DNA of 64,000 nt from Gammaproteobacteria bacterium (GTDB lineage: Bacteria > Pseudomonadota > Gammaproteobacteria > UBA4575), in the NCBI GenBank assembly GCA_965222615.1, contig CBDCUI010000007.1, forward strand, positions 313,080 to 377,079, in the 5' to 3' direction. A program made the translations under genes and the position numbers. Each line of letters opens with the position of its first letter. Position 1 is the first letter of the stretch. This document shows, in pieces, positions 20,826 through 31,426 of this stretch. The notes under the pieces are model-generated. The model worked only from the letters and a program-made list of their open reading frames with translations. It ran no database searches and was not told the DNA's origin.

Positions 20826-22306
20826 TGGACAAAATAATAAATATTCTAGCGGTCATTATTCTGAATTTATTTGTAGTAGTAGGTAGCAACACAATTCTAG
20901 CGGAAGAGGAAGAGAAAGATAAAGATAAAGATAAAGATAAAGATAAAGAAGTATTGTATTGGGTTGCCCCTATGGATCCAAATTATAAAAGAGACAAACC
21001 AGGGAAATCTCCGATGGGAATGGACTTGATACCCATCTACAAAAATGAACAACAAACTCATGGCAGTGAAGTCATTATTGCACCTGAAGTTGTACAGAAC
21101 TTAGGAGTACGCACTGCCGAAGTAGAACGATCAAAGCTATGGAGAAGAGTAAATACTGTTGGCTTTGTGGATTATGACGAATCCAAGCTAAGTCATATCC
21201 ACTTGCGTACGCAAGGTTGGATAGAAAATTTGACTGTGCAGTCAGAAGGAGACCGTGTTCAGAAAGGTCAACTTCTTTTTAAGCTCTACTCACCCGAGCT
21301 TGTGAATGCACAGGAGGAATATCTACAAGCACTATCGCTTGGCAATAAAACTTTAATTAATGCATCCAAACAACGATTATTAGCATTAGGTATTCCCTCT
21401 TCAGAGATAAAACGTCTTAATAAGAATCGCACAGCTCGACAATTGATTTCTTACTACGCACCGCAAGACGGTGTCGTATCCTCACTTAAAGTAAGAGAAG
21501 GCATGTTTGTGAAACCTGAGAACCAAGTAGCCACACTTGCAAACCTCTCTACAGTATGGGTGATGGCCGAAGTATTTGAGAGACAAAGTAGCTGGGTTGA
21601 AGTTGGACAACCTGCAGAAGTGCGATTCTCTTATTTGCCTGGGGAAAAATTTGAAGGACAAGTCGAATATATTTATCCAGATCTAGATCAAATGACCAGG
21701 GCACTCACTGTTCGTTTGAAATTTGATAATCCAGGCGAAACATTGAAGCCAAACATGTTTGGTGATGTATATATTTATGCTGGTGCAAAAGAAAACATCA
21801 TCGTTGTGCCACGTGAATCCGTGATTCGTACGGGTACCAGTGAACGCGTCATTCTTGCTAAAGGAGAAGGACGCTTTGAACCACGCGAAGTCGTTACTGG
21901 AATCGAGAGTGGTGATTGGATTGAAATTCAAAGTGGTTTGAACGAAGGAGAAGATGTCGTTATTTCAGGTCAGTTCCTCATCGACTCTGAGGCTAGTACT
22001 AAAGCCAGTTTTACCCGAATGACTACTCCACCCAATGCAAAAGAAATGTTGGATAGAGAATCGATGGATGAGGAGATTGTTGCAGTCGGAGTTGTTAAAG
22101 AAATATTTGAAGCAGAACAAAAATTACGAATTACGCATGAACCAATAGAAGCACTTGGCTGGCCACAAATGGAAATGAATTTTCAAGTAAGCAAAGACTA
22201 TTACGTGGATGAATTCAATATAAAACCGGGTGAGCATATTACATTTACGTTAAAAAAAGTTGGAGACCACTATGAAATCTCCTCCATCAAGAAGATGGAA
22301 CATTAA
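20822..22306 (+). CDS. cusB: RND efflux membrane fusion protein CusB with a fused C-terminal CusF-like metallochaperone domain
   Basis: N-terminal metal-binding motif YWVAPMDPNYKRDKPGKSPMGMDLIP and biotinyl/lipoyl and beta-barrel MFP domains. C-terminal ...ALGWPQMEMNFQV...FTLKK resembles CusF. Contains a (KD)6 repeat after the signal sequence. Confidence 0.8.
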   Translation: MMDKIINILAVIILNLFVVVGSNTILAEEEEKDKDKDKDKDKEVLYWVAPMDPNYKRDKPGKSPMGMDLIPIYKNEQQTHGSEVIIAPEVVQNLGVRTAEVERSKLWRRVNTVGFVDYDESKLSHIHLRTQGWIENLTVQSEGDRVQKGQLLFKLYSPELVNAQEEYLQALSLGNKTLINASKQRLLALGIPSSEIKRLNKNRTARQLISYYAPQDGVVSSLKVREGMFVKPENQVATLANLSTVWVMAEVFERQSSWVEVGQPAEVRFSYLPGEKFEGQVEYIYPDLDQMTRALTVRLKFDNPGETLKPNMFGDVYIYAGAKENIIVVPRESVIRTGTSERVILAKGEGRFEPREVVTGIESGDWIEIQSGLNEGEDVVISGQFLIDSEASTKASFTRMTTPPNAKEMLDRESMDEEIVAVGVVKEIFEAEQKLRITHEPIEALGWPQMEMNFQVSKDYYVDEFNIKPGEHITFTLKKVGDHYEISSIKKMEH

Positions 22307-22321
22307 AAAGGAGTATTTCAA

Positions 22322-25300
22322 ATGATTGAAAAAATAATTGACTATTCTATTAAGAATCGCACATTTGTTTTACTAATAACTTTCTTTCTTATTGGTTGGG
22401 GAATTTATGCGATAAAAAATACACCACTTGATGCAATTCCAGATTTATCTGATGTTCAAGTCATCATTAAAACAAGCTATCCTGGACAATCACCACAAGT
22501 AGTTGAAGATCAAGTTACGTATCCCTTGAGTGTTGCGATGTTATCCGTACCCAAGGCAGTTAATGTTCGTGGGTATTCATTTTTTGGTGACTCTTACGTT
22601 TACATCATCTTTGAGGATGACACAGACCTTTATTGGGCACGCACACGTGTCCTGGAATACTTAAGCCAAGTAGCCGGTAATTTACCTACTGCTGCGAAGA
22701 CGCAGCTCGGACCTGATGCTACAGGTGTTGGTTGGGTCTACGAGTACGCATTAGTGGATCGCAGTGGTGGTCACGATCTTGCACAACTGAGAAGTATTCA
22801 AGACTGGTATTTAAAGTACGAACTACAAACTGTGAGCGGTGTATCAGAAGTCGCAACAGTTGGTGGAATGGTCAAACAATACCAAGTTGTAGTAAACCCT
22901 AATAGTTTACGTGCACACGGGATCCCTCTTTCAAAAGTCCGCCAAGCTATTTCAAGAGCAAACCAAGAAACAGGTGGCTCCGTGATCGAAATGGCAGAAG
23001 CAGAATATATGGTGCGAGCAACAGGATATATTGATGATATTCAGGATTTACACAAAATTCCCTTGGCAGTCAACGAGCGAGGAACACCAATATTGCTTGA
23101 GGATGTTGCTGAGATAAGGCTGGGGCCACAATTAAGACGTGGTATCGCAGAGTTAGATGGAGAAGGTGAAGTAGTTGGAGGCGTAATCGTAATGCGATTT
23201 GGTGAAAACGCATTACAAACCATCCAAAATGTAAAAACGAAATTAGAAGAGCTAAAGAAAGGATTACCTGATAGTGTAGAAATTATTGAAACCTACAACC
23301 GCGCTGCACTAATTGAACGTGCTGTCGACACATTAAATGAAAAGCTAATTGAAGAGTTTATTGTTGTAGCACTTGTATGTGCACTATTCTTGTTTCATTT
23401 GCGCTCAGCACTCGTCATTGTTTTGTCTTTACCGGTTGGTATTCTAATTGCGTTTATTGTTATGCAACAAATGGGCATAAATGCCAACATTATGTCTCTT
23501 GGTGGCATTGCCATTGCTATTGGCGCCATGGTAGACGCAGCAGTAGTGATGATTGAAAACACGCATAAACACCTAGAAATGGAAGGCGCCGAACAACGAA
23601 ATCGGTGGGAAATTATCAGTGAATCAACTAAAGAAGTCGGACCACCTTTATTTTTCTCACTGATTATTATCACCTTAAGTTTCTTACCTGTGTTTACACT
23701 CGAAGCACAAGAAGGCCGATTATTTAGTCCACTTGCGTACACCAAAACATTTGCCATGGCGGGAGCCGCTGTATTATCTATTACATTAGTCCCCGTCTTA
23801 ATGGGCTACTTTATCCGTGGACATGTAACTCCAGAAAAAAAGAATCCCATTAATCGATTACTTGTTGCAGGTTACCGACCCCTTATTAGTTTTATTCTAA
23901 GAGCACCAAAGTCGGTTTTATTAATTGCCTTGATTGTAATCATCGCAGGGTTATGGCCTATAACACGTCTTGGTAGTGAATTCATGCCAGATCTCAATGA
24001 AGGAGACTTGTTGTACATGCCTACAACGTATCCTTCTATCTCGATTGGTAAAGCCCAAGAACTATTACAACAAACCGATAAATTAATTCGGACCGTACCC
24101 GAAGTCGAAACCGTGTTTGGGAAAATTGGTCGGGCGGATACCGCAACCGATACTGCTCCTCTCACAATGATAGAAACCACGATAAAACTTAAACCAGAAA
24201 AAGAATGGCGTGAGGGAAAAACGATTGATGATTTAAAACGTGAATTTAACCAACTCGTACAATTTCCAGGACTAACCAATGCATGGGTGATGCCGATAAA
24301 AACTCGTATCGATATGCTTTCTACGGGTATTAAGACACCGGTTGGAATTAAGATTGCAGGAGCCGATTTATCTGTAATTCAAAATATAGGAGAAGAAATT
24401 CAAGATGTCGTGAAACAAGTACCTGGGACGGCAAGTGCTTATTCTGAACGTGTATCGAGCGGACGATACATCATTATTGATATAGATCGCAATGCTGCAG
24501 CTCGATATGCGCTCGATATAATGGAAATTCAAGCGGTTGTGCAAACCGCTATTGGGGGTATGCAAGTTTCAATGTCAACGGAGGGACTTGAGCGCTACCC
24601 AATTAATCTAAGATACCCGCGGGACTGGCGTGATTCACTTGCACGTCTTCGTGATCTTCCTGTAGTTACACCTACAGGTGCGCAAGTAGCACTACAAGAA
24701 GTTGCAGATATTCGGATTGAAGATGGCCCTGCATTGATCAAAACAGAAAATGCAAGACTTAATGGTTGGATTTACGTTGACATAGAAAATCGGGACCTAG
24801 GTTCATATGTACAAGATGCTCAAAAGACTGTTGAAGAAAATGTGAAACTACCTCCTGGTTATACTGTCTCTTGGTCCGGTCAGTACGAATACCTTTTACG
24901 CGCAAAACAACGTTTGTCTGTTGTTATTCCAGTAACGTTAGTAATAATCGTTCTTCTTTTATATATGAACTTTCGTCGCATAACTGAAGTGATCATTATT
25001 ATGGCAACACTGCCAATGGCACTGGTAGGCGGAATTTTATTACTTTATTTACTGGACTATGACATGTCCGTTGCAGTCGGCGTTGGTTTTATTGCACTTG
25101 CAGGCGTGAGTGTTGAAATTGGTGTGGTGATGCTGGTGTATTTAAACCAAGCGCTAAAAAAGTTAAAACAACAAGCAGAAACTAATCAACGTGAATTAAC
25201 AAGAGATGACATTCGAAGTGCAGTGATCTCAGGAGCACTGTTGCGAGTCAGGCCGATTATGATGACCGTTGCAGCAATTATTGCAGGACTATTACCTATC

Positions 25301-25477
25301 ATGATCGGAGGTGGAACGGGATCAGAAGTGATGCGTCGCATTGCCACCCCAATGGTTGGTGGAATGATCAGTGCAACTTTGCTCACTCTTATTGTCATTC
25401 CTGCTGTGTTTCTAGTAATAAATCAATTCAAGCTACCAGCATCAATACATACTGAAGCCACTGTTAATGAGGTTTAA
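22322..25477 (+). CDS. cusA: Heavy-metal efflux RND transporter (CusA/CzcA family)
   Basis: 1051 aa and 12 TM helices. AIPDLSDVQVII start and the overall HME-RND signature. Confidence 0.9.
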   Translation: MIEKIIDYSIKNRTFVLLITFFLIGWGIYAIKNTPLDAIPDLSDVQVIIKTSYPGQSPQVVEDQVTYPLSVAMLSVPKAVNVRGYSFFGDSYVYIIFEDDTDLYWARTRVLEYLSQVAGNLPTAAKTQLGPDATGVGWVYEYALVDRSGGHDLAQLRSIQDWYLKYELQTVSGVSEVATVGGMVKQYQVVVNPNSLRAHGIPLSKVRQAISRANQETGGSVIEMAEAEYMVRATGYIDDIQDLHKIPLAVNERGTPILLEDVAEIRLGPQLRRGIAELDGEGEVVGGVIVMRFGENALQTIQNVKTKLEELKKGLPDSVEIIETYNRAALIERAVDTLNEKLIEEFIVVALVCALFLFHLRSALVIVLSLPVGILIAFIVMQQMGINANIMSLGGIAIAIGAMVDAAVVMIENTHKHLEMEGAEQRNRWEIISESTKEVGPPLFFSLIIITLSFLPVFTLEAQEGRLFSPLAYTKTFAMAGAAVLSITLVPVLMGYFIRGHVTPEKKNPINRLLVAGYRPLISFILRAPKSVLLIALIVIIAGLWPITRLGSEFMPDLNEGDLLYMPTTYPSISIGKAQELLQQTDKLIRTVPEVETVFGKIGRADTATDTAPLTMIETTIKLKPEKEWREGKTIDDLKREFNQLVQFPGLTNAWVMPIKTRIDMLSTGIKTPVGIKIAGADLSVIQNIGEEIQDVVKQVPGTASAYSERVSSGRYIIIDIDRNAAARYALDIMEIQAVVQTAIGGMQVSMSTEGLERYPINLRYPRDWRDSLARLRDLPVVTPTGAQVALQEVADIRIEDGPALIKTENARLNGWIYVDIENRDLGSYVQDAQKTVEENVKLPPGYTVSWSGQYEYLLRAKQRLSVVIPVTLVIIVLLLYMNFRRITEVIIIMATLPMALVGGILLLYLLDYDMSVAVGVGFIALAGVSVEIGVVMLVYLNQALKKLKQQAETNQRELTRDDIRSAVISGALLRVRPIMMTVAAIIAGLLPIMIGGGTGSEVMRRIATPMVGGMISATLLTLIVIPAVFLVINQFKLPASIHTEATVNEV

Positions 25478-25660
25478 TTAAAAGCTATTCAAATAACCGT
25501 AAGAAATACTCCCATTTCGACTTAAGCACTGTGGTCAACAGCGCTTATTAATGTGACACACAATGGCACAGTTCAAATATTAATGTTTTAACCAATGTGT
25601 TGCTTCGATCGGTTGAGCTGGTATCCAATAGCTGTCATTGAATAAAGAGTGTATAGAATA

Positions 25661-26380
25661 TTAATATTTTTTCGCTTCGTAAAATAAGCTTTCAATAAGT
25701 GGACTGTCCATTGGTTCAGCATTTTTAAACGTAAAAGGCAAAGATTGACAACCGTGATACACACCATTGCCACACGCATCAAATGGTGGAGATAACACAT
25801 GTAAATGCAAGTGTGGGAAATCCAATGTGAATCCGCTATTTCCTGATAATGCTACAGGTTGCCCTTGTGTAACCTGATCGTCTAAGTCAACCAATATGCC
25901 ATCCTTTGATAAATGTAAATAAGATGCAACTGTTCCATCTTCATGCATAATAACAAGGATATTTGTTTCCTCTGCTGTCTGGGTGTCATTACCAAATTGC
26001 TCAATAGCTTTAATAACTTTACCTCCGCGTGATGCAACAATTGTGGTACCTACTGGCATAGCAAAATCATAGGAATAGCGTAAATCTCCGCAATCAATTT
26101 CTTCGCCATTGATAGAAAGAACTCTGCACATCGGTTTGTGTGTACTATATTTCCCACAGTTTCCTTGACTGACTCGAAAAGCTTCACCGATCTCATAAGG
26201 CAAGACATACTCTGATGTTTTAGGATCTTGGTAATGCTCTTTGAAACAACCACTAACAGTTTCATTTTCAATGGGGGTTAATGTAGGTTCGTAATTGCCA
26301 GTATCTATTCTGTCGCACCCTACAAAGATTGGACTAAATAAAAGCGTTAAAACGAAATAATTTAATGTACTTTCTCGCAT
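25661..26380 (-). CDS. M23 family metallopeptidase lipoprotein
   Basis: Lipobox ...FVGCD. Motifs HEDGTVASYLHL and NSGFTLDFPHLHLHV (HxxxD ... HxH). Confidence 0.7.
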   Translation of the reverse strand: MRESTLNYFVLTLLFSPIFVGCDRIDTGNYEPTLTPIENETVSGCFKEHYQDPKTSEYVLPYEIGEAFRVSQGNCGKYSTHKPMCRVLSINGEEIDCGDLRYSYDFAMPVGTTIVASRGGKVIKAIEQFGNDTQTAEETNILVIMHEDGTVASYLHLSKDGILVDLDDQVTQGQPVALSGNSGFTLDFPHLHLHVLSPPFDACGNGVYHGCQSLPFTFKNAEPMDSPLIESLFYEAKKY

Positions 26381-26385
26381 TAATA

Positions 26386-27342
26386 TTATTTGAATATGTT
26401 TGGCCGTATTTTTATGTAAAACCGAACTTTATAAAAACCATCTTGGCTATAACTATTTAAATAATGAAGATAGTATGGGGTTTTTTCTGGCACAACTCCA
26501 CGTTCTTCAAACCAAAATGTATGAATGTCTCTATTAGCATTTATTAAATCCGAAACACTACCTGTTAAAATCCCTGTAATATAATATCCTGCATCAATTG
26601 TTTGGGTCATAAAAGGTAAAGATACTTTGATAGAATTAGGTATACGAATCGCAACATCTTGTCGTATAGAATGATGCGGACTAACACTTACAAGGTCGTA
26701 CCAAACTGTAAAGATATTTTCCTTCCAATCTTCTAAGTTATTCTCTCCCCATTCCTTTATTTTTTTCCACATTGGCAGACAGGATGAAAGAGTAAGACCA
26801 TCATTTATAGTTCTGTACAGTAATTTTTGTTCTTTTAGCTTTACTATTGAAACCAGATCATCCAACTCACTAAGTCGTTTATTTCTTTCATGTTCGTCAG
26901 TATATTTATACTTAGAATATAACGAGCAAGGATCTATTTCTTTTCCATACTTGCTTATAATCTCGCCTTCTTTAACTGTATCTATCAAAATTGGATAACG
27001 AAACTCCTTTGCTGTAATCCCAAAATGGTTTTTAAATGACTTCGAAAAATTTGCTGGTGAAGAAAACCCGTGGGTCATTGCAATCTCAGATATTTTCAAA
27101 TTTGGATACCACACTAAACGCCTAGCTGCCAGCTCAAGGCGTTTCCTTGAAATATATGAGCTTAATGTTTCTCCCTGATATTCATGAAAAATGCGGTGGA
27201 AATGAAATTTAGAAACATTGCATGCTCGAGCTATGCCTGCGAGATCTAATGGTCTATGAGGATTATTCCAAATAAGATTTAATGCATTCACTACATTAGC
27301 TGTCTGCCTATGTTCTGTTTTAATATTTTTTGCTCTTAGCAT
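26386..27342 (-). CDS. AraC family transcriptional regulator with GyrI-like effector domain
   Basis: N-terminal AraC HTH (ISEIAMTHGFSSPANFSKSFKNHFGITAKEF) and a C-terminal GyrI-like fold. Confidence 0.75.
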   Translation of the reverse strand: MLRAKNIKTEHRQTANVVNALNLIWNNPHRPLDLAGIARACNVSKFHFHRIFHEYQGETLSSYISRKRLELAARRLVWYPNLKISEIAMTHGFSSPANFSKSFKNHFGITAKEFRYPILIDTVKEGEIISKYGKEIDPCSLYSKYKYTDEHERNKRLSELDDLVSIVKLKEQKLLYRTINDGLTLSSCLPMWKKIKEWGENNLEDWKENIFTVWYDLVSVSPHHSIRQDVAIRIPNSIKVSLPFMTQTIDAGYYITGILTGSVSDLINANRDIHTFWFEERGVVPEKTPYYLHYLNSYSQDGFYKVRFYIKIRPNIFK

Positions 27343-27457
27343 GTAATAAATAGTTTTCCCAGCTTGCTATTTTTTCAATTTAAAACTACCTATTGACATC
27401 AATATTTCTTTTGAATGATAAAATTATATTTAATAAATTATATCCAGAGAACTTTAA

Positions 27458-28258
27458 ATGAACAAACTAATCACATTAGTCACAATTTTCTGCCTAACTT
27501 CTTTTGAAGTTTTAGCAACTGATTTTGATAACACAAACTTATCATCAAATGATGTAGCGCATATCGCGCAGCCTTATTTATATGAAAATAATGAAATTGC
27601 GGTTATAACGATTACATCGAATTCTGAAACTCTTCGAAAACTTGTACCTAAACCCTTGATCCCAAATGCTGGCAATACTATTTATTTCTACATAGGTGAA
27701 TTTAATCTAAATCACCCAGAAAAAATAAACTACCGCGAATCGGGATTACTAATACCCGTTACCTATAAAGATAAAGAAAAAAATAAGACTGAACATGGTA
27801 GCTATTTTCCAGTTTTATACTTGGATCATATTGATGCCATTATTGGTGGAAGGGAGGTATATGGTTACCCGAAATATCTAGCGGATATAACGTTCACACG
27901 AGAAGATAAATCGATTCAAGGAATTGTAAAAATTAATGGAGAATTGCTTATTGAAGTTGAGTTCGATATTACAACAAAAGTAAAAAATCCTTCTCTCCCT
28001 AGTTGGAACATGTACTCACTGAAACGAATTCCAGGACCTGACCTAAAGAATGGAAATGTCATTAAGCAAATTATTTCGGCACCACAAAATGGTATAAAGA
28101 TTCATGAAATGCACTTAGCCACAGCAACATTGAAATTACATTCTGTAGGTAAAAATCCATTAGGTGCTATACCAATTTTAAATATATCAAACCCATTTTT
28201 CAGAGTTGAAAATATGACCATAAACGCTGGTAAAGTCTTGTATGACTACCTAAAATAA
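27458..28258 (+). CDS. Secreted hypothetical protein
   Basis: Signal peptide MNKLITLVTIFCLTSFEVLA. No recognised motif. Confidence 0.4.
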   Translation: MNKLITLVTIFCLTSFEVLATDFDNTNLSSNDVAHIAQPYLYENNEIAVITITSNSETLRKLVPKPLIPNAGNTIYFYIGEFNLNHPEKINYRESGLLIPVTYKDKEKNKTEHGSYFPVLYLDHIDAIIGGREVYGYPKYLADITFTREDKSIQGIVKINGELLIEVEFDITTKVKNPSLPSWNMYSLKRIPGPDLKNGNVIKQIISAPQNGIKIHEMHLATATLKLHSVGKNPLGAIPILNISNPFFRVENMTINAGKVLYDYLK

Positions 28259-28436
28259 CTTCAACTAATATCCGCTATAGTCCGTTAGCAAAATTGCAAA
28301 CTATGCTCTGGTGAGATGTATTCATCAAATCAGCCATATATAAGACAAATAGAAACAGTAATTTACCCTTTTCTAGATTACTGATTGGAATGTATCCACC
28401 AAATTTCTCCAAATTGTCAAGTTGATTTTTGCAGTA

Positions 28437-29633
28437 TCAACCTTTCACGCAAACTACTTGTCTCAATGTATGTTCAACACTTACCAAGTCATTTTGGTTT
28501 TCCATAACCACGTCAATATCTTTGTATGCGCCAGGGATTTCATCTAATACACCTTTGTCTTTACGACATTCAACACCCGCAGTTTGCGCCTCGATATCTT
28601 CTTCATTGAAATGGCGTTTTGCTTTACCACGACTCATACGACGACCTGCGCCGTGCGAACATGAACTAAATGATTCAGGGTTACCTTTACCACGAACAAT
28701 ATAAGATTTAGCACCCATACTTCCTGGAATAATTCCAAGCTCATCCACGCCAGCACGGATCGCTCCTTTTCGCGTAATGTAAACATTTTCACCAAAGTGA
28801 TTTTCCATAGACACATAATTGTGATGACAATTGATGGCTTCTTTAGTGATGCCAAATTTTGGTAAAACTTTTTTTAACGCATCAATGATTAAGCGCATCA
28901 TTTCTTTACGATTTTCCATTGCGTAATCTTGAGCCCAGTTCACTGCATTTACGTAATCATCAAAGTGCTCAGCACCTTCAGTGAAATACGCTAAATCTTT
29001 ATCAGGTAAATTATGAATATGCTTTTGCATATCTTGTTGTGCTAATCGAATAAAGTATTGACCAATAATATTCCCTACTCCACGGCTACCCGAATGAAGC
29101 ATAATCCATACATCATTATTTTCATCCAAACAGATTTCAATAAAATGATTCCCCCCTCCAAGTGTGCCCAATTGGCGCACCCAAGTTTGATAAGGCTTTT
29201 TCTGCATCTTTAAAAGTTTAGGATGTTTATCTAGTAAGCGATCTAAACCGTCAGATAAAGGTCGTATAGTAGAATTCTTAGCTTTATCAGTCTTGTGCAT
29301 ATCAAAACCAACAGGAATTGCGTCTTCAATTGCAGTACGCACTTTACGTAAATTATCTGGAAGATCATCTGCATTGATTGAAAGGCGTAACGCATTCATG
29401 CCACAACCGATGTCTACACCAACTGCAGCTGGAATGATTGCACCTTTACACGGAATTACAGAACCCACAGTCGCACCTTTACCAAAGTGTACATCCGGCA
29501 TCGCCGCTATATGACTATGGATAAAGGGCAACTGTGAAAGGTTGCATAGTTGTTGGTAGGCTTCGTGCTCAATGTCATCTGTATAGATTTTTACGCGCAC
29601 TTTACCTTTGGTAATCACTTTCTTTATTGGCAT
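28437..29633 (-). CDS. rtcB: RNA-splicing ligase RtcB (3'-phosphate/5'-hydroxyl RNA ligase)
   Basis: Near-colinear match to RtcB landmarks: MPDVHFGKGATVGSVIP, AVGVDIGCGMNA, GNHFIE, HNY and CSHGAGR. Confidence 0.9.
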   Translation of the reverse strand: MPIKKVITKGKVRVKIYTDDIEHEAYQQLCNLSQLPFIHSHIAAMPDVHFGKGATVGSVIPCKGAIIPAAVGVDIGCGMNALRLSINADDLPDNLRKVRTAIEDAIPVGFDMHKTDKAKNSTIRPLSDGLDRLLDKHPKLLKMQKKPYQTWVRQLGTLGGGNHFIEICLDENNDVWIMLHSGSRGVGNIIGQYFIRLAQQDMQKHIHNLPDKDLAYFTEGAEHFDDYVNAVNWAQDYAMENRKEMMRLIIDALKKVLPKFGITKEAINCHHNYVSMENHFGENVYITRKGAIRAGVDELGIIPGSMGAKSYIVRGKGNPESFSSCSHGAGRRMSRGKAKRHFNEEDIEAQTAGVECRKDKGVLDEIPGAYKDIDVVMENQNDLVSVEHTLRQVVCVKG

Positions 29634-29670
29634 ATGTCACCCAAATCAGTCCCTATAATATTCATTTCTA

Positions 29671-29847
29671 TTAGAACCATCGTGTCGCTTGTTCTTCAAG
29701 CAACAATTCTTGAAATCTACGCCCTGATCCACATACACACAGATCATTACGGCCGAGCTTCTCGATAAGTTCTTTATTGCCATGAACGACTCTATTTCCT
29801 CGTTTAACGTTTGTTTCTGATGGATATCCCTTGCGACGTTTACTCAT
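29671..29847 (-). CDS. Small SEC-C motif protein (58 aa) immediately upstream of rtcB. Not in the ORF track because it is under 60 aa.
   Basis: Hand translation of the reverse strand gives [58 protein letters not shown]. NDLCxCGSGxxFKxCC is the SecA/YchJ-type zinc ribbon. Confidence 0.5.
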   Translation of the reverse strand: MSKRRKGYPSETNVKRGNRVVHGNKELIEKLGRNDLCVCGSGRRFQELLLEEQATRWF

Positions 29848-29909
29848 ACGCTCAAAAGGATTGGTCCTTATCTTTAAATTTACACATGTTGCACCTCCGT
29901 TTTATTGAG

Positions 29910-31352
29910 CTAAACATAACTCACTATATTTAAGTTTTCTTTCAATGCCCAGCGTTGAAATATATCTTTCTCAGAATCAGTTGGTAAGCGATTATACTTT
30001 CCTCTTGCTTGGCAAATTTGTTTGTTATACATATTTACTTCTATCGTTAACATCTTTGTGATTCCAATCTTATTCTGTAGATCCATGGTGTAAATTGCAC
30101 TTTTCCCCTTGTGGCAAGAATTTGCATAACTTGCAACACAATGACCTTGCTTACGACCTTCAGCAACAAGTTCCTTACTAGATAGTAGCTCTCTTATTGT
30201 CCAAACTTTCATATTTCTATTCTTGCTATTCCCTTCAACGTACCTAAAATCATTAATACCAGACTTTTTCCATTGCAAGTTTCCACCACGGGATTCTCTA
30301 CCGAGTTGTTGATGCCACTGCTCAACTTGTCTTAATAATGTTTCAGCTGTTCTACCTCGCATGGAAAAATTAGGTTGTGCAGGTCCGATTTCTCTAGCCA
30401 CGCCTCGCTCAACAAACTCAACTCTATTTTCATATTTTTGATTCCAAATATAATCCACAATTGGGTTTACATGGCTCAAATCCAACATTGGGTTTTCGAT
30501 AAAAAACTGTATAACTCTTTGCCAAAATTCTTCATCTTTAAATCTTGTATTCAGTCGCGTTCCATTAATTGCATTGGCAATTGCAACATTTCCACCTAAT
30601 GCTTTCACTTGTGCCCAACGAAATGCTCCTAACACACTATATGAAGTAGGCGCCTGTATAAAATGATGGGCCATTTTCTTAGTCAGTCTAATAGGTAAAG
30701 AATGAGCCGTTCTAATATTGTGTCCTTTACCTATATGCATGAACCATTTTTGCTGTTTTTTGTTTCCCTGTAACCAAACATAATCCATAAATTCTGGTAC
30801 ATAATAATTCGCGAACAAGTGTCTAGCTAACGATGAAAACTGGCGAACTGCATTATATGTAGAAGGCTCCCATACATATAAATCACGTAACCACTTGGTT
30901 CGATATAATGTGAAATTTATAATCCCTCGCACAAAATCTACCGAACTAAAAAGCTTTGTTCTTTCCTCCAGGTATAGCAAGGCTTTTAATAGCTGTTTTT
31001 TCTCTTTTGATATACGAAACCCTTCGTATACAATTTGTAGAACTTTACTATTAATTTCATTTAGAGGTAGTTTATTATCAAAAATTAATTCAATCTGATA
31101 TCTTATCTTCCCCTCTTTACTATGCTTCTTAAGCTTTTCTTCCGCTAATATTTCTTTATATTTCTCTATCTCCTTATAACGTTGAGAATATTTCTTATCT
31201 AGTTTTGAACTGAAACCATTCGCTTTACACCATTTTTTATATTCGGCTATGTCTTTCAAATTTAGGGCACGAGCATGCATCAAGACCTCTAACTCTAAGT
31301 CCTGATCAATCGTTTTCAATTTTTTATTTTTTCGTGCCATATCAATATTCAA
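29910..31352 (-). CDS. Hypothetical protein, possibly PcfJ-like
   Basis: Lys/Glu-rich N-terminal coiled coil. C-terminal ...KQGHCVASYANSC... resembles the HCV-containing core of PcfJ-like proteins from memory only. Confidence 0.3.
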   Translation of the reverse strand: MNIDMARKNKKLKTIDQDLELEVLMHARALNLKDIAEYKKWCKANGFSSKLDKKYSQRYKEIEKYKEILAEEKLKKHSKEGKIRYQIELIFDNKLPLNEINSKVLQIVYEGFRISKEKKQLLKALLYLEERTKLFSSVDFVRGIINFTLYRTKWLRDLYVWEPSTYNAVRQFSSLARHLFANYYVPEFMDYVWLQGNKKQQKWFMHIGKGHNIRTAHSLPIRLTKKMAHHFIQAPTSYSVLGAFRWAQVKALGGNVAIANAINGTRLNTRFKDEEFWQRVIQFFIENPMLDLSHVNPIVDYIWNQKYENRVEFVERGVAREIGPAQPNFSMRGRTAETLLRQVEQWHQQLGRESRGGNLQWKKSGINDFRYVEGNSKNRNMKVWTIRELLSSKELVAEGRKQGHCVASYANSCHKGKSAIYTMDLQNKIGITKMLTIEVNMYNKQICQARGKYNRLPTDSEKDIFQRWALKENLNIVSYV

Positions 31353-31426
31353 TTAAATTTAGCTAATTCCATTTAAATGACGCAGGCCCTCTAGTAATAA
31401 AGGACCTTTGTCAGTTTATTTTCACG

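Noticed and set aside
20900-20950. Tandem gataaa repeat considered as a possible CRISPR or VNTR
   Set aside because: It is a 6-nt unit inside the cusB coding frame encoding (DK)n, with no spacers and no cas genes. It is not CRISPR.
25588-25800. 70-aa ORF overlapping the 3' end of the M23 peptidase gene
   Set aside because: Overlaps a better-supported gene in another frame. No motif.
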